Shown here: in pieces, positions 24,810 through 32,096 of the stretch | Position numbering within the stretch: the first letter of the stretch is position 1 | How the letters are laid out: each line of letters opens with the position of its first letter | From: an uncultured Bacilli bacterium | GTDB taxonomy: Bacteria; Bacillota_I; Bacilli_A; RF39; UBA660 | Assembly (NCBI GenBank): GCA_947591175.1 | Contig: CANQDB010000001.1 | Location: forward strand, 1-36,469 | DNA length: 36,469 nt | Direction of reading: 5' to 3' | The notes under the pieces: generated by a model | Told to the model about the DNA's origin: nothing | The model's database searches: none | The model's input: only the letters and a program-made list of their open reading frames with translations | Position numbers and translations under genes: made by a program

Positions 24810-26942
24810 CTAACGTTTGATTTCGACCATTTCAAACGATTCGATAACGTCTCCCTCTTTGATATCTTGATAGTTTTCGAAAGTGATTCCACAGTCCATG
24901 CCCGTACTAACTTCCTTAACTTGGTCTTTTTCACGTTGAATAGAACGGATTTTACCAGTATAGATAACGACACCATCTCGGATGATTCGGCATTCACTTC
25001 CATTTTTGATGGTACCATCGAAAACGTGACTTCCCGCAATATTTCCAACTTTCGAGAACTTGAATAACTGCCTAATCATAGCCGTACCTAAAATTTTCTC
25101 TTTGTAAAGTGGCTCGAGCATACCTTTCATAGCTAGTTCCATATCTTCGACTACTTTATAAATAATATTGTAAAGTCTTATTTCGACGTCGTTTTCTTTA
25201 GCCATTTCGAGGGTGGCATTACTAGGACGAACATTGAAACCGATAACGATAGCGTTACTTGCTTTAGCAAGGACGATATCACTTTCGGTAATATTACCAA
25301 CACCACTTCTAATAACGTTAACCTTAATATCTTCGACTTTGATCTTTTGAAGAGAATTCTTAACGGCTTCTTGACTACCATTAACGTCGGCTTTTAAAAC
25401 GACATTGATTTCTTTCGTACCATCTTGAATAGCTCCAAATAGTTCTTCTAAACTCATGCCCGACTTGTTCGTGTCTTTTTCTTTAGCTCTTAAACTTCTT
25501 TCTTCAGCGACACTTCTTGCTTGCTTTTCAGTTTCGAAAGCCATGAACTTATCTCCAGCACTTGGAACATGGTTAAGTCCTGTAATCTCGACCGGAGTTG
25601 AAGGTAAGGCTTCGACGATATTTTGTCCTTTATCGTTCTTTAACGACCTAATCTTACCATAACTAGTTCCTACTACTACTGGGTCTCCTAAACGAAGCGT
25701 TCCATTTTGAATAAGTAAGGAAACAACTGAACCAATCTGTTTATCTAAGCGAGATTCAATTACTGTTCCCATCGCATAACGTGATGGATTGGCTTTTAAG
25801 TTTTGCATCTCGGCAACTAGTAAAATCGTATCGAGTAAATCGTTTACCCCTTCACCCGTCTTAGCCGAAATCTTATTGACGATTGTATCTCCGCCCCAAT
25901 CTTCGGGAGTTAAGCCATTTTCAACTAATTCCGTTAAAATCTTATCGGGGTTAGCATTCGGTACATCGATTTTGTTAATAGCGACAATTATCGGCACCTT
26001 AGCGGCTTTCGCATGATCGATTGCTTCTTTTGTTTGTGGCATTACTCCGTCATCGGCCGCCACAATCAAAATGACGATATCAGTAACACTTGCACCTCTT
26101 GCTCGCATTTCGGTAAATGCTTCGTGACCTGGGGTATCGATAAAGGTAATTTTCTTATCGTTATAAGTAATCTGATAAGCACCAATCGCCTGCGTAATAC
26201 CACCTGCTTCACCACTTGCGACATTCGTCTTTCTAATATAATCTAGTAACGAAGTTTTACCATGGTCGACGTGTCCCATAATGGTGACAACTGGAGGACG
26301 TTCAATTAAATCTTTCTCGTTATCGATAATTTCGTACTGTTCAAAATTAGATATATCGACTGACTCTTCTTTCTTTAAAGTCTTGTTGTAATCGACTACT
26401 AACATCTCGGCCACATCGTATTGAATCGAATTATTTAAAGTAGCCATAATTCCTAAATTAAATAGTTTCTTGACGAGTTCCGAAGGATTTACCTTTAACT
26501 CACTAGCCAAATCGGAAACACTCATGCCTTCGTGATAGACGATAACATCTCCCACTTCTTCGGCATTAGTCATTAACTTTTCACGATGTTTATACATGTT
26601 CTTCTTATCTTTTAAGAAGTCTTTGTTTGCTTCAGGTCGAGTAACTGTCTTTTTAATCTTCGTCGTCTTCTCAACTGGCTCCTCCATATCGACCATCGAT
26701 GCTGCTAAACTTTCGGCTTTATCTTCAAGTTCCTCTTCTTGAAGACGTTCCATTTCAAGTTCGCTAGGAGTCTCTTCCTTATCTTCCTCTTCTCTTTGAA
26801 TTTCGTTATCTAATAACGTAATATCATCATCACTCAACATCGTCTCGTTATTTTCGATTTCGATATCTAAACGTTTGCAAAGATTAACGATCTCTTCAAC
26901 GGTTTTCCCTACATCTTCCGCATATTCTAAAACATTCATCAT
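24810..26942 (-). CDS. infB: Translation initiation factor IF-2
   Basis: G-domain GHVDHGKTSLLD, DTPGHEAF, NKID; 710 aa; nusA-ylxR context. Confidence 0.95.
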   Translation of the reverse strand: MMNVLEYAEDVGKTVEEIVNLCKRLDIEIENNETMLSDDDITLLDNEIQREEEDKEETPSELEMERLQEEELEDKAESLAASMVDMEEPVEKTTKIKKTVTRPEANKDFLKDKKNMYKHREKLMTNAEEVGDVIVYHEGMSVSDLASELKVNPSELVKKLFNLGIMATLNNSIQYDVAEMLVVDYNKTLKKEESVDISNFEQYEIIDNEKDLIERPPVVTIMGHVDHGKTSLLDYIRKTNVASGEAGGITQAIGAYQITYNDKKITFIDTPGHEAFTEMRARGASVTDIVILIVAADDGVMPQTKEAIDHAKAAKVPIIVAINKIDVPNANPDKILTELVENGLTPEDWGGDTIVNKISAKTGEGVNDLLDTILLVAEMQNLKANPSRYAMGTVIESRLDKQIGSVVSLLIQNGTLRLGDPVVVGTSYGKIRSLKNDKGQNIVEALPSTPVEITGLNHVPSAGDKFMAFETEKQARSVAEERSLRAKEKDTNKSGMSLEELFGAIQDGTKEINVVLKADVNGSQEAVKNSLQKIKVEDIKVNVIRSGVGNITESDIVLAKASNAIVIGFNVRPSNATLEMAKENDVEIRLYNIIYKVVEDMELAMKGMLEPLYKEKILGTAMIRQLFKFSKVGNIAGSHVFDGTIKNGSECRIIRDGVVIYTGKIRSIQREKDQVKEVSTGMDCGITFENYQDIKEGDVIESFEMVEIKR

Positions 26943-26970
26943 GACCTTCTCACCTACCCTTTCAACTTTT

Positions 26971-27471
26971 TTATTTACATTTTTCTAACTTGATAAGTCT
27001 CTTTTCAGGACTAAAATGGTCGATTGCAATACCACTTTCCTCGAGCATGGCCTTTGAATTCTCATCTAGATAGTCACCACTATAAACGATTCTCTTTAGT
27101 TCGCTATTGATAATCATTCTAGCACATATCGAGCAAGGGAAAGTCGTCACATAAATTGTGCCTCCCATAATTGAAACTCCTTGTTTCGCAGCTTGCACGA
27201 TGGCATTTTGTTCGGCATGTGCTGCTCGACAATACTCTTGTCTAGTGCCTGATGGAATACCATCTCTTTGACGCATGCAACCACCTAACTCACTACAGTG
27301 CTTTAAGCCTTGTGGTGCACCGTTGTAACCGATTGTTAACACTTCGTGATTCTTAACGATTACTGCTCCAACTTGTCGTCTACAAGTACTTCTCGTACAA
27401 GCAACTTCCGCCATCGTCATAAAGAATTCATCCCAATCAGGACGTAAATTCAAATTTTTAATCTTATCCAT
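26971..27471 (-). CDS. dCMP deaminase (ComEB/CDA-fold)
   Basis: Zinc motifs HAEQNA and PCSICARMI. The start lies 1 nt after the ylxR stop. Confidence 0.85.
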   Translation of the reverse strand: MDKIKNLNLRPDWDEFFMTMAEVACTRSTCRRQVGAVIVKNHEVLTIGYNGAPQGLKHCSELGGCMRQRDGIPSGTRQEYCRAAHAEQNAIVQAAKQGVSIMGGTIYVTTFPCSICARMIINSELKRIVYSGDYLDENSKAMLEESGIAIDHFSPEKRLIKLEKCK

Positions 27472-27472
27472 T

Positions 27473-27745
27473 CTAATCCCCCGCGATCATATTTTTTATT
27501 TCGTCGTATACTTGCTCCGTAATAGTTACCTCTAGTGCTCTATCTAAGGCCTTACTCTTTTTAGCTTTCTCTAAAACAGCTAGGTCCTTTTTAAGATATG
27601 CACCTCGGCCATTCTTTTTTCCAGTTAAATCGATTTCGACATTTCCTTCTGGCGTTCTTACAATTCTAAGTAAGTCCTTTTTCGGTAACTTTTCCCGACT
27701 TACACAACAGGTGCGTAAAGGTATCTTTTTCTGCAAAGAAATCAC
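27473..27745 (-). CDS. ylxR: YlxR/RnpM family RNA-binding protein (DUF448)
   Basis: IPLRTCCVSREKLPKKDLLRIV...GRGAYL. GTG start abuts the nusA stop. Confidence 0.85.
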   Translation of the reverse strand: MISLQKKIPLRTCCVSREKLPKKDLLRIVRTPEGNVEIDLTGKKNGRGAYLKKDLAVLEKAKKSKALDRALEVTITEQVYDEIKNMIAGD

Positions 27746-28888
27746 CTACTCACTTCTTAACCTGATGCCTGCTTCTTCTGCCTGTTTATAGTTTTTAATA
27801 TCGATTTTATAATGTGTCAAACGAGATGCAAGTCGAGCATTGTAGCCTTTCCGACCAATTGCCAACGAGAAATTATCGTCATCCGCTACGACGATAGCCT
27901 CTTCTTTCTTAGGATCCGTTATAAGAACACTCAAATTCTTAGCAGGACTCAAAGCATTGGCAATAAATACAGCAGGATCTTTATCGTACTTTACGATATC
28001 TAACTTTTCACCATTTAGTTCGTTGATAATTCGAGCAATTCTAGAACCCTTTTCCCCAATACAAGCCCCGATTGGGTCAACATTTGGGTTTTCCGAGTAA
28101 ACTGCCACTTTACTTCTAGTGCCAGCTTCTCGTGCGACACTATAAAGAAGAACTGTTCCATCGGCAAGTTCAGGAATCTCGTGTTCGAAAAGACGTTTTA
28201 CAAAACCATAATGTGTTCTCGATAAAAGAATTAAAATATTTTTGCCTTGGGTATTAACTTTACTTACGTAGACCTTAATCTGCTTACCCATTTCGATCTT
28301 TTCTCCAGGAATACAATCTTTCTTCGGTAAAATTCCGTTACTCCGACCGAGATTGACATAGTAATTATCCGTATCTTCTAACTCGACTGTACCAACTAAA
28401 AGTTCATCTTGCTTATCTTCGAAATCTTCGGCAATAGCACTTCTTTCACGTTCTCTAATCTTTTGAATCAACACTTGTTTAGCAGTAGATGTTGCCACCC
28501 GGCCAAAATCTTTAGGAGTTACTTCTGTATCGATCGTATCTCCTACTTCCTTTAACTTATCGATCTTACGAGCCTCACTTAACGTAATCTCTAATTCCGG
28601 ATCGAACTCTAACACTTCGATAGGATTACCCTCTTCATCGTATTCAGGATTCTCATTTAACTCATCGTAATCCATATCTTTCTTTTCGTCAGGTACAATT
28701 GTCAGATAAGAATAAACCTTAATATCTCCCGTATCCTTATTGATTACGACCTTACTATTTTGAATACCGTACTCTTTCTTATATGCAGCGGTTAATGCTT
28801 GCTCCATATACTCAAATATTTCATCCGCCGAAATTCCTTTTTCCTTTTCGACAGTTTTAACTGCCTCTAAAAACTCTTTACCATTCAT
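27746..28888 (-). CDS. nusA: Transcription termination/antitermination factor NusA
   Basis: N-terminal domain, S1 (VGTVELEDTDNYYVNLG) and two KH domains (IGACIGEKGSRI, LAIGRKGYNARLASRLT). The ATG at 28888 lies 8 nt after AAGGAGG. Confidence 0.92.
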   Translation of the reverse strand: MNGKEFLEAVKTVEKEKGISADEIFEYMEQALTAAYKKEYGIQNSKVVINKDTGDIKVYSYLTIVPDEKKDMDYDELNENPEYDEEGNPIEVLEFDPELEITLSEARKIDKLKEVGDTIDTEVTPKDFGRVATSTAKQVLIQKIRERERSAIAEDFEDKQDELLVGTVELEDTDNYYVNLGRSNGILPKKDCIPGEKIEMGKQIKVYVSKVNTQGKNILILLSRTHYGFVKRLFEHEIPELADGTVLLYSVAREAGTRSKVAVYSENPNVDPIGACIGEKGSRIARIINELNGEKLDIVKYDKDPAVFIANALSPAKNLSVLITDPKKEEAIVVADDDNFSLAIGRKGYNARLASRLTHYKIDIKNYKQAEEAGIRLRSE

Positions 28889-28889
28889 T

Positions 28890-29141
28890 TTAATTACCTC
28901 CTTTGGCTTTCGCATAGACATCTAAAATGTAACTTCCTTTAACTAAATCTTCTTCCTTATCCAACAAGGGATTGATAATCCTCGTGGCCATAACGACAGT
29001 ATTTAAGGGAATAATCTCATCCTTATCTAGAACAATTCGCAAAAAAGTTTGCCCATCCTCTTCTTCCACATAAGCATCATCCACCCAAACACCTAAAGAA
29101 TCCAGTTTGTCTCCGATGATTTTTACTATTTTTTCTTTCAT
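28890..29141 (-). CDS. rimP: RimP-like protein, N-terminal domain only (83 aa)
   Basis: Position upstream of nusA. MKEKIVKIIGDKLDSLGVWVDDAYVEEEDGQTFLRIVLDKD resembles the RimP N-domain. The ORF ends inside the nusA RBS at about half the usual length. Confidence 0.6.
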   Translation of the reverse strand: MKEKIVKIIGDKLDSLGVWVDDAYVEEEDGQTFLRIVLDKDEIIPLNTVVMATRIINPLLDKEEDLVKGSYILDVYAKAKGGN

Positions 29142-29164
29142 AAAATAATCCTCTCTACACTCCT

Positions 29165-29197
29165 CTAACAAAACGATAGGAGTGGTTTTCCCACTCC
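29165..29197 (-). promoter_or_regulatory. Leader hairpin + interrupted U-tract upstream of rimP; candidate attenuator
   Basis: Minus strand GGAGTGG-GAAAA-CCACTCC followed by TATCGTTTTGTT, between the predicted TSS and the rimP RBS. Confidence 0.4.
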
Positions 29198-29209
29198 AAA
29201 TGTACTTAT

Positions 29210-29237
29210 ATTATAACATAGAAAACTAAAAAGTCTA
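29210..29237 (-). promoter_or_regulatory. rimP-nusA operon promoter: TAGACT, 16 nt, TGtTATAAT
   Basis: Extended -10 TGTTATAAT (TATAAT at 29210-29215) and TAGACT at 29232-29237. Confidence 0.5.
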
Positions 29238-29273
29238 GTCTTTTTCCAAAATCTTTTTCCAAAATCTTTAGCC

Positions 29274-29302
29274 TTGTTTGAAAGATGACTTCATGATACA
29301 AT
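29274..29302 (+). promoter_or_regulatory. Cyclophilin gene promoter: TTGTTT, 17 nt, TGaTACAAT
   Basis: TTGTTT 29274-29279, 17-nt spacer, extended -10, TACAAT 29297-29302. Confidence 0.45.
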
Positions 29303-29325
29303 GAAGTGGTAGAAAGGAGATAAAA

Positions 29326-29937
29326 ATGAAAAAATTATTATCCTATGGCTTATGTTTGTTACTTTTAACATTAACACTTACGGCCTGTGGTGAAAAAGAA
29401 GAAAACAAAGATTTACTTACCGGCTTACATCACGCTCAAATAGAGGTACAAAACTATGGTTTAATCGAAGTCGAATTAGATGCTGATGTTGCTCCAATTA
29501 CTGTTACCAACTTTGTAAATCTAGCCAAAGAAGGATTCTACGATGGCTTGACTTTTCACCGGATCATCGATGGCTTCATGATTCAAGGAGGAGATCCTTT
29601 AGGTAATGGAACTGGTGGAAGCGAAGAAGAAATCGAAGGTGAGTTCTCGCTAAACGGACACACCAACAATATCTCACATACGAGAGGAACAATTTCGATG
29701 GCTAGACGTGGCGGAAACCCCGATACTAAAGAAACGATGAATTCGGCCTCAAGTCAATTCTTCATCATGCAAGAAGATACTCCTAGTCTAGATGGAAGTT
29801 ATGCTGCATTTGGTCACGTTACTAGTGGTATGGAAATAGTTGATGAGATTTGTAAAAATACTCCAGTCGAAGATAGTAACGGAACAGTTCTAAAAGAAAA
29901 TCAACCGATTATTCAAATGATTAGAATACTCGATTAA
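29326..29937 (+). CDS. Cyclophilin-type peptidyl-prolyl cis-trans isomerase, lipoprotein
   Basis: Lipobox LTLTAC, plus FHRIIDGFMIQGGDP and SASSQFFI motifs. Confidence 0.9.
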   Translation: MKKLLSYGLCLLLLTLTLTACGEKEENKDLLTGLHHAQIEVQNYGLIEVELDADVAPITVTNFVNLAKEGFYDGLTFHRIIDGFMIQGGDPLGNGTGGSEEEIEGEFSLNGHTNNISHTRGTISMARRGGNPDTKETMNSASSQFFIMQEDTPSLDGSYAAFGHVTSGMEIVDEICKNTPVEDSNGTVLKENQPIIQMIRILD

Positions 29938-29938
29938 A

Positions 29939-29972
29939 AAGGCTTAAGTTTTCTATACTTAAACCTTTTTTT
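29939..29972 (+). terminator. Intrinsic terminator after the cyclophilin gene
   Basis: AAGGCTTAAGT-TTTCTAT-ACTTAAACCTT followed by TTTTT. Confidence 0.65.
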
Positions 29973-30144
29973 ATGGTCGTAAAGCAGTAATTGGTAAAAG
30001 GTATATTCCTGTTTCCGGATCTTTTACAACCGCTTTAAAATTAGCAGTAATAACGCACATAAAGCGTGGCTTTTTTTTCATACTATCAGAGAATTTTAAT
30101 ATACATTTTTTAAGAATTAATTTTATTTTTAAAGACCTACTTAG

Positions 30145-30173
30145 TTGAAACATATTTTCCCTCATGCTATAAT
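30145..30173 (+). promoter_or_regulatory. Promoter: TTGAAA, 17 nt, TGcTATAAT
   Basis: TTGAAA 30145-30150, 17-nt spacer, extended -10, TATAAT 30168-30173; upstream of the CPBP gene. Confidence 0.55.
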
Positions 30174-30199
30174 AGAACTATATTAAAGGAGAATGAAAA

Positions 30200-31135
30200 A
30201 TGGCTTTACAAAATTTCTTAATAGCTTCTTTTGTTACTTTAAGTCCAATTCTTATATTGAAATACAAAGGTGGATTAAATAATAAAAACAATCTACTCTC
30301 TTTTATTATCGCTTATTTTTGGATGTTCTTTGCTATCGTCCTATCGACGATTTTAGTAAATGCTATGAACTATCGAAGAGTTTGGCACGTTTTAATTCCG
30401 ACTGTTCTAATCGAAAGTATTTATAATTTCTTCATCATTCGAGGCGACGTCGACTTAAAGAAATTACCAAAAAGTTTTTTTGTTTTTTGTCTTTTCTTCT
30501 TTTCATCTTTATTTGAACTAATTCCTATTAAGTTATTCCATCTATCATTTGAGACAATGAATCAAACGACAGCTTCTTTATTAACCTTATTTAGTGATGG
30601 AGTTGCCTTATTTATACTAGTGCTAGTCTACTTTAAAGATTTAAAAGAAGATCTCAAAAAGTTGAAAAAGAATTTCTATGGAATTATGGATACCGCAATA
30701 AAATACTGGTTCATAGGAATTGCTGTCATGGTTATATCAAACTTAATGATTCAATGGTTTGCTCCTCAAAGTGTCGCCGGTAATGAACAGGCTGTCCAAC
30801 AACTTTTGAACGAAACACCTTGGCTCACTTTTATTGCCGCCTCTTTCTTAGCCCCATTTATCGAAGAGTTAACTTTTAGAAAAGCCTTTAAAGATGTCTT
30901 TAAAAACAATATTCTCTTTTGTCTTACTTCAGGTCTCGTTTTCGGAGGTCTCCACGTAATCTTTACTATGACTTCACCTTGGGATTTATTATACATCATT
31001 CCATATGGTTCTTTAGGAGTAGCATTCGCCTACACCCTAGTAAAAACTGATAACGTCTATGCATCTATTATTATGCATCTCCTTCATAACACTGCTCTTA
31101 CTTCACTTTCTCTTTTAGGAATGGTGATACTATGA
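30200..31135 (+). CDS. CPBP family intramembrane glutamic endopeptidase (CAAX/Abi)
   Basis: Multi-pass membrane protein with EELTFRKAF, FGGLH and HLLHN motifs. Confidence 0.85.
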   Translation: MALQNFLIASFVTLSPILILKYKGGLNNKNNLLSFIIAYFWMFFAIVLSTILVNAMNYRRVWHVLIPTVLIESIYNFFIIRGDVDLKKLPKSFFVFCLFFFSSLFELIPIKLFHLSFETMNQTTASLLTLFSDGVALFILVLVYFKDLKEDLKKLKKNFYGIMDTAIKYWFIGIAVMVISNLMIQWFAPQSVAGNEQAVQQLLNETPWLTFIAASFLAPFIEELTFRKAFKDVFKNNILFCLTSGLVFGGLHVIFTMTSPWDLLYIIPYGSLGVAFAYTLVKTDNVYASIIMHLLHNTALTSLSLLGMVIL

Positions 31136-32058
31136 TGACTCGAAGTGAAAGAACTTTACAAAAAGAAAAAGAAGAACAAGATGCTCTAAAAAAAGAAAAA
31201 CGAAAAAAATATATAAAAAAATCTATCGCAATATGTCTTGTTCTTATCTTCATCATAACCGGTATTGTCTACTATAGCCGTTACATTGGTACAAGCGGAC
31301 TAATAGTTAAAGAATACAAAGTAGTTAACGAAAAGATACCAGAAGAGTTCTATGGTCTTAAAATAATTCAGTTTTCCGATCTCCACTATGGCTCAACTAT
31401 CGAAAAAAAGGAACTAGAAAATCTCGTCAAAAAGATAAACTCCCTTCATCCAGATTTGATATTTTTTACTGGCGACCTAATCGATAAAGATACCAAAGTA
31501 ACAGAAGATGTTGTCGAGGAAGTGACATCTTCCTTAAAAGAAATGAATGCTAAAATGGGTAAATACGCTGTAAGCGGTAATCACGATTATCTCTACGAAG
31601 GCTTTCAAAGCATTATGAAAAATAGTAATTTTAAATATCTAGATAACGACTATGACCTTGTCTATTATCAAGGTTATAATCCAATCCTAATCGTTGGTTC
31701 AAGTGATTCTGGTCAACATCAAGCCGATTTCGAAAAAAGTTATCGCTACTTCACAGAAGAAGGAAGTAACCCTGATATTTATACGATTGCCCTCTTTCAT
31801 GAACCAGATGATATCACGACAATTCGCACTAAACACGAAGTTGATTTAGCTCTTGCCGGACACTCGCACAACGGTCAAGTAAGACTTCCTTTCTTACCAC
31901 CTTTAAAAACAGTAAAAGGAGCAAGAAAATACAATGAACCTTATTATAAAGTAGGAACAACCGAGTTATACATTTCAAGTGGTTTAGGCACTAGCAATTA
32001 CAAATTTAGACTATTTAATAGACCGAGCATTAACTTTTATCGTTTAAGAAACCACTAA
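31132..32058 (+). CDS. Membrane-anchored metallophosphoesterase (YkuE-like)
   Basis: SDLHYG, GDLID, GNHDY, HEP and GHSHNGQ motifs with an N-terminal TM helix. ATGA overlap with the upstream gene. Confidence 0.88.
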   Translation: MMTRSERTLQKEKEEQDALKKEKRKKYIKKSIAICLVLIFIITGIVYYSRYIGTSGLIVKEYKVVNEKIPEEFYGLKIIQFSDLHYGSTIEKKELENLVKKINSLHPDLIFFTGDLIDKDTKVTEDVVEEVTSSLKEMNAKMGKYAVSGNHDYLYEGFQSIMKNSNFKYLDNDYDLVYYQGYNPILIVGSSDSGQHQADFEKSYRYFTEEGSNPDIYTIALFHEPDDITTIRTKHEVDLALAGHSHNGQVRLPFLPPLKTVKGARKYNEPYYKVGTTELYISSGLGTSNYKFRLFNRPSINFYRLRNH

Positions 32059-32088
32059 AAAGGAAATCCAAAAAAGATTTCCTTTTAT
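32057..32088. terminator. Bidirectional hairpin between convergent genes
   Basis: AAAAGGAAATC-CAAAAAA-GATTTCCTTTT. Confidence 0.6.
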
Positions 32089-32096
32089 GTTTATAC

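Noticed and set aside
24764-25067. Overlapping 93-94-aa ORFs on both strands at the infB 3' end
   Set aside because: They lie within or overlap the well-supported infB CDS and have no translation signals. They are shadow ORFs.
29971-30165. 64-aa minus-strand ORF between the cyclophilin and CPBP genes
   Set aside because: It has no RBS, its start overlaps the -10 of the CPBP promoter, and its sequence has no recognisable features. The region does hold a plus-strand stem CCGCTTTA...TAAAGCGTGG followed by T8 (about 30031-30078) of unclear meaning, which I could not support as an sRNA.
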